This document shows positions 28,854 to 43,627 of a stretch of DNA of 64,000 nucleotides, in pieces. Every line of letters begins with the position of its first letter. Position 1 is the first letter of the stretch. The position numbers were made by a program, and so were the translations under genes. Source of the stretch: the human T2T-CHM13v2.0 reference genome, Homo sapiens; assembly GCF_009914755.1 (NCBI RefSeq), contig NC_060925.1; one strand, given 5' to 3'. The notes beneath the pieces are model-generated. The model ran no database searches, had not been told where the DNA came from, and worked only from the letters and a program-made list of their open reading frames with translations.

Positions 28854-30493
28854 TTAGTCTAGTCCTGCCATACAGAGAAAATTAGCTCTCTCCACCCTGC
28901 CGATTCAAATATTTGAAGACATATACACTTTTCTTGTGATTTATGTCTTCATCCAATTAAAAACATGCAGCTTTTTCTGTTGTAAATTGCAGGTTCCTCA
29001 AGAGCAGAGTGCTATCTTCTTGTCTCTGTGTCCCCAGTCCTTACACTGCCTAGCGCATGTGGATTCCTCACATTTTCTTGTGGAATGAATGAATAAATTC
29101 TACTTTTATTATTTCCCCCTAAGTCATGTCTCTTTAGACACATGCAGCCCAAATCTCTCCTAAAACAGATTGGCGAGAACATTTTTAAATTTAAGGATTT
29201 CTTTTCTTTTTACAAAAAATAATACATCTTCATTCTAGAAAACGTGTATCAACAATAACAAAATCACAAACAGCCCAATACCTGGGAATGAATACTATTA
29301 GTATTTTGATTTATATTCCTCTTAGTTTTTTTCTGTGTATATATATATATATTTTTTAATATACATTTTTCATCAGAATGAGATCATATAATTTAAAAAC
29401 CTACTTTTTATACTTAACAAAACCTCATGGGCATCTTTCCAAGATAGTATTCCTGAATATGCCATGTCATTTTTTAAAGTTCTTTTGTAATTCAACCGAA
29501 ATACAAAAACAGAAAAGTGCACAAGTCTTAAGTATTCTGTTTGATGAAATTTCACTAATTGGACGCATGTGTCTTACCAAGATGAAGATCAGAAAATTGA
29601 ACGTGACCAGAACCTCAGAAATCTCCCTTGTGTCTCCTCCTCATCACTACTCCCTGCAAGGACTACCATAGGCATTTTTTAACTTCCATAGATGGAATCA
29701 CACTATATAACTGTATATATTATTTTCTAGCTGTCTTCTTTCAGCACATCATTTTAATGACTGCATCCTATTCCTTTATTTTGCTGTAATAGAATTTATT
29801 CAGTTTATACCTATGATTGTGTTGTCATAATACATTATTTTTTCAACTTTTGCTTTTATTAAAAATTCTGTAATGAATATCTGTGTCCTAAAACAGTGAT
29901 TTTTTTCTCTTACGGTAAAATTCACAGATATGAATTAAACTTTTAAGATTTGTTTACTTATATTGCCAAATTGCCCTTCAAAACAGTTGTGCCCGTTTTA
30001 TGTTCCCATCACAATGTGTAAGACTTCCAGTTTCCGTGATGTGGTCTAGAATTGAACATAAAACCTCAGATGTAATCCAGCTAACATTTGCCCTGAATGT
30101 CTCACTTCCCTTTACTGTGCACAAATAGACTGCAAGCACAGATAATCTCGAAGTTCTCTGACAAAGACAAAAGTTAGGGTGATAGTGCTGGAAATGACCT
30201 TGGAACAGTAAGATACTTATTTTCCATCAACAAGCTTATTTTCAGATGAGAATCCAGAAGCCCAAAGAGGTGAGATATCAGAGCAGACAGATTCCCAAAG
30301 AAAACCAAACTAGAAAACCACATGTAGGAAAAAAGCAGCAGAGAAACAAAACAAAATGTGTCTTTAGCAGTTACCTATGGGGAGCGAAACTATTTTTCTT
30401 CTTCTTTTTACTTTTCTGAATTATCTAAATCTTCAGTAAGGAGCATATATTTCTTTCCCAGTGGAGAAAAAAAGTATTTCTTTAAAACAAGAG

Positions 30494-30818
30494 GGCCGAC
30501 ATGGTGGTGCACACCTGTAATCCCGGCACTTTGAGAGACCGAGGCAAGTGGATAACTTGAGGCCAGGAGTTCAAGACTAGCCTGGCCAACATGGTGAAAC
30601 CCTGTCTCTACTAAAAATAAAATAAAGTAAAAAAAAAAAAACAAAAATTAGCTGAGCATGGTCTTGCATGCTGCATACCTGTAATCTCAGCTACTCAGGA
30701 GGCTGAGGCACAAGAATCACTTGAACCTGGGAGGTGGAGGTGGAGATGGCAGTGAGCCAAGATCGGCAGCCTGGGCAACAGAGCAAGACTCCATCTCAAA
30801 AAATAAAATAAATAAATA
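30494..30818 (+). mobile_element. Alu (J/S, diverged)
   Basis: Dimer with internal indels and an (AAAT)n tail. Confidence 0.88.
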
Positions 30819-31125
30819 GAAGGAAAAATAGAAAGGAGGAGGTAAATTTGTAATTTCCTATTCTATACACTTAATATATGCCTAAGACCTAGTACAAAGT
30901 AGGCTACAAAGTAGGAAAAATGGTGTGTTTAAAAATCTGGAAGAGGCAGGGCACTCTAGAACAATGAATTCCAAGAATTCAGAAACCCAGGCAAGCAGAA
31001 CCTGAGTGAAGTGACTTTTGAAAAGCAGCTCTGGTCTGTCAATTTGGAAAAATAAATGTGCTTGATGAGCTGGGTCTGGAACAGGCGCTGGAGACCTCTG
31101 GGTGAAGAAACAAAGGATCGGTGTT

Positions 31126-31154
31126 TGGTTGGTTGGTTGGTTGGTTGGTTGGTT
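31126..31154. repeat. (TTGG)n tetranucleotide repeat
   Basis: About 7 units. Confidence 0.9.
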
Positions 31155-31612
31155 GTTTTTTTTCATTTTTGGGGTTTTTTTTAATTTTTTAATTTTTCTG
31201 TAGATTCATATTCAGCTGAAAGGACAAGTGATTTAATGGTGTTTTCTTATGAGCAGTTTGGAAATCTTGTCTGTGTCTCTGTTCAGAGATGGGGGTAGGG
31301 TGAAGATGGGGTTAGGGTGCTGTGAGCTGTAGGAGGTCACCAGCTTCATGGGGTAAAAACATTTCAGAACCACCACCAACAGGCACCAGGAAAGGTATCT
31401 GCCCTTTCCTGTCACCTGAGACCTGAACCTTCCTCATTTTCTGTCCATGTAAGAGCTGGAGTCATGGCATTTGGTTTCAGAGTCTTGATTAATGAGGGAT
31501 TTCACATCTCGCTGTGGCTATGGTGGGTGTTGGCTGAATGAATTGTAAAATCATAGAGTGTTAGTTAGAACATAGATGAAATCACATCCCTAAAGTCTAC
31601 TATTCATTGTTA

Positions 31613-32072
<460 letters not shown>

Positions 32073-32858
32073 TGACGGGGCCATGATGAAAGCCCAGCTC
32101 CCAGTGACCATTCCAGTCAACTGCAGGCTGTGCAGTGCATTTCCCAAAGGAGGTCTGTCTGATTTCCAGAAAGACAGGCCAGAAGTGCCCCACATATGAG
32201 AGGCTGTAGAGTTTAATGGTACCAGGACACAGTTGGCCCTTGGCATGGTTTCTTCATCTTGTTATAGGATTACAAACAGCACCTGTTTCAAATAGCTGTT
32301 GTAAGAATTAAATAATTACAAGTAGAACACATAAAACAGATATTTATTAGATAAAATATCAAGCCAAAAGTATTGTGACTTTTATCTGAGTAGTCTGCAA
32401 TGACTTCTCAAACATATTTGGTCTCTCAACTATACCACTGGTGTGAAATAGGCCACAGTTCCCCTACTATTCTCTCCAGCTTTATGCTGAGAAAACCAAA
32501 AATTCCTCTCATCTGCAAGAGAGAGGTATGGCCCTGATTTTGATAAGGCAATAAGGATTTTTATTAACCATCATAATAATTATTCATTCATGATAGAACC
32601 ATTATCTTAGCATTATTACGTTGTAAATATAAAAAGAAAAATCAACAAAGACTTCCTGCAGTGACATTGGAGAGTTCACAGCAAATTGCCTTCCTTAGAT
32701 TATCTAATCTAGAAGTTCCAAATCAGGCTAACCATCAGAATCACCTGGGGAATTATCCTTTTTTATTATGAAAATATTTCAAACATACAGCAAGCTGAAA
32801 GAATATTACAGTGAACACTTGTATACCCACCACCTAGTCTTCAATCAACATCTTACTA

Positions 32859-33094
32859 CAAGCTGAGTATCCCTACTCCAAAAATCCAAAATCCAAAATG
32901 TTCCAAAGTCCTAATCTTTTTGCATGCCAACGTAACGCTCAAAGGAACTGCTCATTGGAGCATTTGGGATTTTGAATTTTAGGATTTGGGATGCTCAACT
33001 AGTAAGTATAATGCAAGTATCCCAAAATAAAAAAAAATTAAAATATAAAACACTTCTGATCCCAAGCATTTCAGATAAGGAGTGCTCCAACCTG
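32859..33094 (+). mobile_element. Tigger4a/MER46-like MITE
   Basis: TA|caagctgagtatccct...ggagtgctccaacctg|TA with internal aaatccaaaatccaaaatg. Confidence 0.82.
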
Positions 33095-33345
33095 TATATC
33101 TTGTCTTGTTATTTATCTGTCCCTCTATTCATCCATCAGTACATCTCTTTTTCCTGTCCACTTCCAAGTAAATTGCAGATGTCTGTACACTTTCCCTGGG
33201 GAATTTTCTAAAACTATAAGTTCCCAAGCCTCAGCCCAGAGATGTACAGATCTGCTAATTCAGGAATTTTTCCAAACAACTCCCCAGCTTCACTCTGGTA
33301 ACCATGCTGATGGAGCCCTTATTAGCCGAAACATTACCAGTCTCA

Positions 33346-33885
<540 letters not shown>

Positions 33886-36800
33886 TCATTTAATTCAGCT
33901 TCTTCACTTTACAGACAGAGAAGCTAGCACCCAAAGAGGCAAAGTGACTCTCCCAGAATCACTCGACTAGTTCAAAGCAGGAGTGGTCAAGAGCCAAGGT
34001 CCCCTAATTGACTTTCTTGTCATGTACAGGGTTGCCTCTGTGAAGCTCACAGATAGTCCATCATTCATTCACTGATATACTATACACGGGCACTGATAAA
34101 TAAGGCATGGTTTCTGCTATCAAGACATTCCCAGTCCCATTTAAAGTTTTTCCATATAACCTTCAGCTGACCCTGGCATATTTCCACATATTCACCAAAT
34201 AACCTGAAGCAGTCAGTGCTTTTCAGAACTAATAAAGATGTTGTCTTTGAGGATAAAGATCTATTTATCTCAATTGTTTTCGGTCCAAGAGTGTCAGTTC
34301 CCAGCAACAGCCTGCTGAAGCTTGGCACAGTGATGCAGCTCTTCCCAGATGGAGAAGGTTTCAACTGACCCATGGGCCCAGAATGGTTGAGGATCATTCT
34401 TAGGGCACGGTCAGTTCATGATCTGATGGCATAATAATTTTTCTCAGAAAAGAGTCATTCGGTCACAAAAACCTTAACCCAACATAGGGACCTATTTTCA
34501 TTTAGGGAGAAAGAAATATTTCAACAGGCAGAAATATGATAGATTTCTAAAATATGAAGATTAGAAATAAGATAGTTTGATTTGCAAAAGATATTTGATC
34601 CTCTCACAAGCTGTAACTGGGAAGGCTATGCACCTTTAAAGGTGTTAAAACAGTACCAGGATATAAAACTGCTGTGTCCAACCTTTGTAAGCTCATGGAA
34701 TTTTACTGGGAGTAAGTTAGAAAGAGTTAGAAAGACTTTTAAACATCACCAACAGTAGCTGCCTCATTTTGCAGATAATAATTATGATGTTTATTGTGTG
34801 TTTCACTTTGCCAGCTACCAATCCAAGAGATTCACATGCATTATTTTGTCCTCACAACCAACAGGTATTGTGACCACCCCCATTTTGTAACTGAAGAGGT
34901 TGAAGCTCAGAGCAGATATGTGACTTGATCAAAGTCATCTAACCAGATGGAGAATGGCCTGAGGTGTGAACCTGGAACTCAAGCCCTTGGGTCCAGTGAT
35001 CCTTTTATGTGAAAGGAGCAGAGTTGTCATTTTTGTGGGGCCACAGGCTCCTGGACACTGGCTCTTGTTAACAATTGTCTATGACACTGGGCCAGGTTCT
35101 GTGGGGATGCCAGCCTAAGTGAAGTGGTTTCTGCCCTCTGCGAGCTTCAGCCTGGCAAAGAAAGGAAGAGAACGTGAGCAAACTGTGTGTGCTAGAGGCC
35201 AGAGAAAGAGAGAATTTTGAGATGTTGGTCGTTGGTGTTACAGAGTCAAAGGTATCAAAGACTAGAAGCAAGCCAAAAAGTAATATGACAATTTGCAATC
35301 ACTGTTGAACTATAAAAGAGCAATTTCAGAGTGTGATGAGGTATGAGATAGTTTCCAAGAGGATAGGGAGTCAATAAATGAAGAAGAAATGGAAACAGGC
35401 AGTTTTCCGCTGCTAAAAAAAAGAAAAAGAAAGAAAGAAAAAGAATACAAAGATAACTCAGAGGACACACGCAATGGTAGAAATATTTTCATTTGGACTA
35501 GGGAGAACCGAGCTGATGTTATACAGAAGAAAAGATGCCAACCGAGAGAAATATATTTCATATGGACAAAAAAGAGAGCGTCAAGTTCTTGGAACAGGCA
35601 GGAGAGGATCCATTTATCATTAAATTTTTTAGTCTTTCAGCTGCTATTATAAAGTGTCTATTATATTTCAGGCACTGTGTTTGTGCACCATGACGAGCAA
35701 AGCAGACCCAGATCCCATACTCAGATACCATAGAGCCTAATAAGGAAGACAAAATTTTAAGTAAATAATATATATCATACATATAAACTAGATACATGTA
35801 TCTGTACATACATATGCTTTATCTATTAATATATTTTATATGTATATAATTTCCCTGCTTTGTCTCCTGTAAAATATAATATATATATTTACATTATATA
35901 TATTTCTATTTTATTTATATTCATATTTATATTTTACGGGGCCAAAGCAGGGAAATCATATATATAGTACCACAATAGCTGGTAAAATAGTACCACAGTA
36001 TAAAAAAAGCTGCATCCAACCTTTGTAAGATTATGGAATTTTACTAGGAATAAGCTAGAAAGGTTTCTAACCATCACCAACAGTAACTGCCTCATTTTAC
36101 AGATAATAATTCTGATCCTTATTGTGTGGACTGGGGAAAACTGAGCATGACATTACACAGAAAAGAAGCTGCCAACCAAGAGAAATAAATTTCATCTGGA
36201 CAAAAAAGAGGGTATCAAGTTATCTGTAATATATGTATGTATTTTATGGGAGCCAAAGCAGAGAAATTAGCCTTAAGCTAAATGGCATAAAGTTTTCCAA
36301 ACAGGATAAAGAAGGATGGAGGGCAAAGGATAGAAACATCAATGTTTTGAAAATGCTGAGGAAATGAGACAGTCTTCATCTTAGTGAGTAAGAGGGTTAA
36401 AAATGTTAAGAGTGAGAGGAATGAGGATGTGTTGAAGGACAGTGGGAAATATTAGCATCCATTCATGGACATCCAATTGATGTCCAACTTGATACCAGGA
36501 GAAAGAAGGATATTTGCCAAGAAGCATTAAAAACTATTATGAAGTTAGATAGCATGACTCAGTTGGCTCAGTTTTTGGACTCTCTCAAGGGAACTCTTAG
36601 CAGCCCAGAGTAGATGCAAATAAAGCCTATGGTGGCCTGGGCAGGGAGAGCAGGCTGATGGTGACACGGCAGGTTCCATAGAACTGAAGTAGGGCAAAGG
36701 ATTCAAAGTTGCTAGAAAGGGGCTGGCGTCCAGCTAGCTAGGGAGGTAAGTGGAGCTCAAAGGGAATGGGCCAACCCTGTGAGGTCATAACGACAGCAAG

Positions 36801-37127
36801 GAACAAGTTGAGAAGTGAGGTCAAGGGAAAAGTGAAAGGGAGAGAAAGATGCTATCAGAGTGGGAGAATAGATCCAAATAACGAACGCTCAGTTTCAGCT
36901 AGAGCTGCAGGGGGCTGAAATTGGGTTAGTGATGAAGGTCATTGGTGCTGAGGAGGCTTAAATACCTCTCAGACTGGGGTGGAATAGGAATTAAAGCCTA
37001 GAAAGCTTTGTTGATAGCAATTAAACCCAGACAATACTGTTCTCTCTGCTTTGAAACTTAGAGAAAATAAACGTTGAGTTCTAAACTAGATACGTATATC
37101 TTCACATACGCTGTCACATATATACGT

Positions 37128-37171
37128 ATGTGTGTGTGTGTGAGAGAGAGAGAGACAGAGAGAGAGAGAGA
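37128..37171. repeat. (TG)n(AG)n compound microsatellite
   Basis: Read directly from the sequence. Confidence 0.9.
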
Positions 37172-37436
37172 TCGTGCACACACGGGTATATCTTAAGTAC
37201 CTGCAAGTGGCCTGGAAGTCTGGAATTAATGGCTAGTTCCCAAATTCATTACTGACTTTGGATTATGTTTAATTTAAACCTTGATGTGCCAGACAACGTA
37301 ACTCAGGAAGAGCTATAGAGGTGTATAACCCCCCTTCATTGTAAATAGCTTTTGCCAAGCACCAATATTTTAACAGAGAGATGGGAATAGGAACATTTTT
37401 GTTGACATTTGGGGGAACAGGACAAATTTCAGAGAC

Positions 37437-37780
37437 TTTTTTTTTATTATACTTTAAGTTTTAGGGTACATGTGCTAGTTCAACCATTGTGGAAGTCAGT
37501 GTGGTGATTCCTCAGGGATCTAGAACTAGAAATACCATTTGACCCAGCCATCCCATTACTGGGTATATACCCAAAGGACTATAAATCATGCTGCTATAAA
37601 GACACATGCACACGTATGTTTATTGCGGCACTATTCACAATAGCAAAGACTTGGAACCAAGCCAAATGTCCAACAATGATAGACTGGATTAAGAAAATGT
37701 GGCACATATACACCATGGAATACTATGCAGCCATAAAAAATGATGAGTTCATGTCCTTTGTAGGGATATGGATGAAGCTG
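37437..37780 (-). mobile_element. Short 5'-inverted young L1 (L1PA2/3-like)
   Basis: Antisense L1 3' terminus (tattatactttaagttttagggtacatgtgc) fused to a sense ORF2 C-terminal segment; TSD gagactttt. Confidence 0.9.
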
Positions 37781-38380
37781 GAGACTTTTCAAATGTAGAC
37801 TTGACAGAGCTTGGCAACTGATCAGGTATGGGAGATGAGGAGGGAGACCCTAAAGTGGAATGAGGCAGAAAGTTGGTGATTATTTCCCCCCATTTTACAG
37901 ATAAGAAACTAAGATTCAGAGAAATTAAAAGATTGCTCTATAACCACGTGACTAGTAAGTGGTGGAACCAGTGTTGATTGTCAGATCACCCATCCCGTGC
38001 CCTTCATGATACTTCATACTCCTCCACTTCCACCCCTGTGCAGATGCAGAGCCCTTTCATGCTCCAAGTTCCATTACTGAAGACACCAGGCTCAGCCTTA
38101 TGCCATCTTTCCCACACTTTCCTTGTGCTGGCAAAGGTGATTAATTACCCTTCCCCTTCCTAAGGAGTCCCAGCCAGTGCTTCTGCGATGGTGTTTACAG
38201 GCCCCACTCATAGAACCTATCACACTGCTGTGATGATGGTTCCCCTGTCCATCCTCCCCACTAGATTGTGACCTCTCTGATGGAAAAGACCCAGTTCTGG
38301 GTCTTTTTATTTCTAGTGCTTAGCAGTGTCAAACCCATTCTAGCTGTCCAATAGATGTTTCTTTAAAAAGAGCTGTGTTA

Positions 38381-38701
<321 letters not shown>

Positions 38702-40667
38702 TCAGGATGCTGAATCCAGGAGCTATCTCACAGGAGAGGATTGCTCCTGTCAATACAAAGCAAACTGGAAAACGTGACCCACGTGGGCATGCCGAGGTGA
38801 TGCAGATGGTTTCAGTTCTACTTCTCAAAGAACACCAGGTACCGAAGAGAAGGCAGACTTAGACTCCCTGGGCTGGCAATTCCCATACAGTCTCTCCCCT
38901 CCCTTCCTTCTGTGGCAATGCTGTCGAGACCTGTAGGGAAATGACTTACTCAGATGCAAATTGGGCGTTCACAGTACATGCACTTTTCACAATATATAGC
39001 ACCTTTGGCCTCACAGGGAACGCTTTTTACATTTTTCCACCTTTTTTTGAGGTATTCACAGACAACTTCAAAATAGAATCTCATATTCCACAATCTCTTT
39101 GTGAATCATATCACGTGGTATGGTGTATGGGCTTATTCAGGGGTTCGAGCCTTGGGTAATGGTACACTAAAAATGAGTGAGATGACAGTAAATGTGACAG
39201 CTCCTGTCTGTCATCAGTCGTCTTGCCACCAGAGGACACAGCCCACTCATTCTGAGATGCGGTTCCTCAAAATATCTTTTGCCGGGTAACAAATTATCCT
39301 GGAGGGATATCAAGGCCCCATTGTTTTTTTATTTAAAAGTCATAAGTTAAGACCTCAAAGATATGTCGGTGGCAGTATATGAAAATTTATGTTTCTACCA
39401 GCAGTTTTTGTGCTTTCACTGCAGTGATAAAATCACTTTGTTTTTCAGCTTGGAGCCAAGGGAAGAATCAAGCTATTGTGTAGATTACTTAAAATTCCAC
39501 AGTGCCTGCGCCATTTGGCCAAAGAATGCTAAAAATTTGCAGCTGTTGCTCCCACGAAAGTTTCTAACTGGGGCAGCGGCTGCTGTTCAACACACAGCTG
39601 TTGTTAATTTGAGCTGAAGATTTTTAATTGCCTTTGTGTCGAGATTTATTAAATAACATTTTAGAGGAACAAAAACTGTAATAGTCATATTAGCAGGATG
39701 CTAAAGGAAGAAAATAATTGGAACATGGCATTTTTGCCTTGTAAGCCAAGTCTGAAAATATCTTTTCCACATGGAGGGCTCCCAACCATCCCAGGAAAAG
39801 CATTTCCAGGTAAATCCAGCCACAGAAGCCCTGATGGCCTTTTCAGGAGCTCAGCCACTTGCACCCCTTAGTCATTTACCTGGAAGCACCACTTCTCCAG
39901 AGTGGCCACCTTGTTCCCACACTCTCCATTCCTATTATACTGAGAGACGGGAGGCATAGTGCTTACAGTAAACATAGCATTAGCTGGCAGTTGGCTGCTT
40001 CTTTAAGTGGTCTGCATTATTTTGGGGAGCCTCCATAATTGCTGTTTTCCTATTACATCCAGCCCATCCCTGACTCCCTGACAATACTATGAGGGGTCTG
40101 ACCTCCTCCCCATTTGGCTTAGAGCAGCTGTATAGATGAGCAGAAGATAGAAAACTCAGACCTTTCCTGGATTTTCTGGCAAGGCAAAGAAGGGGGAAGG
40201 AGGGGCCCTTCTATTAGAAAGGGTCAACAACTAATGTTGTCCCTTAAGAGGGAAGTTGCCAACCGCACAAAGAAAGGAGTTTTAAGTATGAAAAAAGGCA
40301 AACCAGGAAAACCGCAGAATGAGTTGTAAATCCTCATTACCATACTAAAATTTCAATCATGTTTTGCATGCTGATGGTAAATGTTTCCTTTTAGCAAGAA
40401 AACTTTGTCAGGCATTTATGGTGCACTTACGATGTGCAAAGTGCTGTGTGATGTGCTCAGGGCACCCAGAGAAGCTTGCAGGGCCGGCGACCAGTGAGGG
40501 AGCTGCAGCCCAAGAGTAAGACAGGCAGGGAGCACCCGGCGCTGTTTACAGCATTGGCTCCAACAGAGCTGAGGGTGAGAGGTCTGGCTCCTGCCAGAAG
40601 GGGGAAACATGTGATCTGGACCTAAGGGCTGAGGACGACCTTGATCATTAAAAAAAAGGATGAATGT

Positions 40668-40992
40668 GACCGGGCACAGTGGCTCAGGCCTGTAATCCCA
40701 GAAGTTTGGCAGGCTGAGGTGAGAGGATCGCTTGAGGCCAGGAGTTCAAGACCAGCCTGGGCAACATAGCAAGAGACCCTGTCTCTACAAAAAATCTGAA
40801 AATTAGCTGGGTGTGGTGATGTGCACCTGTGGGACCCGTAGTCCCAGCTAACTCAAGAGGCCAAGGCAAGAGGATTGCTTCAGCCCGGGAGTTTTGAGTT
40901 CAAGGATGCAGTGAGCTGTGATTGTGCCACTGTGCTCCAGCCTGGGGACAGAGCAAGACCCTATCTCAAAGAAAAAAAAGAAAGAAAGAAAA
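40668..40992 (+). mobile_element. AluJ
   Basis: Diverged dimer; TSD gatgaatg. Confidence 0.88.
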
Positions 40993-41019
40993 GATGAATG
41001 GGTAAAAAAATGTGCTAGA

Positions 41020-41462
41020 ATATAGAATATTATTCAGCCATAAAAAGACAGAAATCCTGCCATTTGTGACAACATATTGGAAGACATTATGCTAAGTGAA
41101 ATAAGCCAGGCACAGAAAGACAAATACTGCATGATCTCACGTGTACGTGGAATCATAAAAAGTCAAATTCATAGAAGCAGATTGTAAGAATGGTGGTTGC
41201 CAGGGGCTAGGGAAGTGAGGAGATGTGGTTTTGGAGACCTCATGTACAGCATGATGGCTACAGTTAACAACACTGTATTGTATACTTGAAATTAGCTAGA
41301 ATAGATGTGAAATGTCTTCAGCACCAGAAAAAAAAAAAGATTATGTGAGGTGGAGGTTTATTAACTTGATTGTGGTAATTATTTCACAATATATATGTAT
41401 ATCAAACATCACATTGTACATCTTAAATTTATAGTTTTATCAATGATACCTCAATAAAGCTG
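41020..41462 (+). mobile_element. Old L1 (L1M) 3' end
   Basis: tattattcagccataaaaag...gacattatgctaagtgaaataagccag...cctcaataaagctg. Confidence 0.8.
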
Positions 41463-41687
41463 GGGGAGAAAACAAAGAGAAGAGGAGGAAGGAAGGGCCT
41501 TTCAAGCTGAGGACCAAGAAGAACAAAAGCGTGGTAGCCTGGAAAAGTCTGTGTGGGCATAGGAGGCCATTGAATGCTATGGAGGTGGGAGTGCCCTCCT
41601 TTCCAGGCACATGGAAAGCATTGAAAGTCCAAGAATTGTGTTAGTTGGACATGACAGTGCTGGAGGAGGGTAAGAAATGGGGAGAGG

Positions 41688-41995
<308 letters not shown>

Positions 41996-43463
41996 ATAGC
42001 GGGGAAAGATGCTGGAGAGGTAAAGTCGGACTAGATTCTGGAGAGTTGGGGTGCTGCTGTAGGGAATTTGAATTTTACTCTGGGAGCATAGGAGGCCATT
42101 GAGTGCTATGGAGGTGGGAGTGCCCTGCTTTCCAGGCACATCATCCTGCTAGCAAGTCTGTGGGGCTCCAAAGCCCCTCCGATTCTGACATGCAGAGGTG
42201 GAGTGATTGCCATACGCCAGGCGGAGAAGATGAGGACCTGAAGTGTGGCCAGGTCAATGTGGCCACAATGGGGAGGAGAGAAGGGAACACCTCTGAGAGT
42301 CAGAGCCCAGGCTTCAAATCCTAGGCTTGCTACTCACTAGCAGTGCAGCCTAGGCAATGGATTTAACTTCTCTGTGCCTCTGCTTCCTCGTCTGTAAAAT
42401 GGGAATAATAACAGTGCATGCCTCTTAAGGTTATTTTATATAACCTTGTACATAATACCTAAAATGTTTAGAATAATGGCTGGTACAGTAAGCGCTTGAT
42501 AAAGGTCAGCTATTATTATTATTTTCAGACATAAAATCCTATGACATACTATTATGAAAGGGATATGGCAGATACTCAGAATTGATAATAGCTAAGGAAA
42601 AAAATAAGATAATAAAACATATTGAGGGACATTCTACAAAATAACTATTCATAATCTTCAAATGTGTCAAGGAAACCCACAGAAACTGTTCTATACTGAA
42701 GGAAAGCAGAAGGACATGGCAACTAAAGGCAATGTATGATCCTGAACTTGACCCATTGACTTCAGAGGACATTATTGAGTCAATTGGGACAATTCAGTTG
42801 AAATTTGTAGGGGTCCAAGGATATCATTATGATGGAGGATATGCTTGTTTCCTTGTTTGTAGGAAATGACACTAAAAGGTTCTGGAGTAAAGAGGCATCC
42901 AATTAGCAACTTATTCCCAAGTGTTTCTGAAAGTTCTTTGTCCTCACAACCCTTCTGTAAGTTGGTGATTGCTGAAAATAAAAACACTTATTTTTTTAAA
43001 TTAAAAGCTAGCATTTGTTGAGCATTCACTAAGTATCAGGAATTGTGGCCAGTGCTTTGCACATGAGTGGGTTCGGTTCTCCAAGGAAACTTTTCTGACT
43101 TTGCATCTCTACCAAAACGGAGCCAAGTACCCCTCCTCTGTGCCCCGATAGTAGGCTGTACTCATCTTCACTAACTGCCTGTGACCATGGGTTACAAGTG
43201 GTCTATGAAAAGTAACTGCTTGTTTTTCTGTAACACCTGCCCCCTCCCGCTTCATGGATAATCTAAGCTCTTTAAAGGCAAGGGCTGCATCCCATTCTCC
43301 ACTTGCATCCACCACTCTCAGCACAGCTCCTGGTATAGCAAATCTCAAGTTCCCAATACATGCTTAGTGACTGGAACACTGAGGCTTGCTCACCATGGTG
43401 ACTACCATTAAAAATGAGGCACCAGACTTGGAATGCATGTCTGACACATGACTTCTTTTCAAG

Positions 43464-43627
43464 GTGGTCCTGGCTCTGGCAAAGGCACACAGTGTGAAAA
43501 GCTGGTGGAAAAATATGGATTTACACATCTCTCAACTGGCGAGCTCCTGCGTGAGGAACTGGCATCAGAATCTGAAAGAAGCAAATTGATCAGAGACATT
43601 ATGGAACGTGGAGACCTGGTGCCCTCA
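43464..43627 (+). CDS. AK5: AK5 coding exon (164 nt, probably exon 11): P-loop GGPGSGKGT and NMP-binding region
   Basis: ORF 43448-43645 contains [30 protein letters not shown], the adenylate kinase Walker A. Acceptor cttttcaag|GT, donor TCA|gtaagc. Confidence 0.97.

Noticed and set aside
37616-37798. ORF resembling a reverse-transcriptase protein C-terminus
   Set aside because: Fragment of L1 ORF2 inside a roughly 340-bp truncated insertion; cannot be functional.
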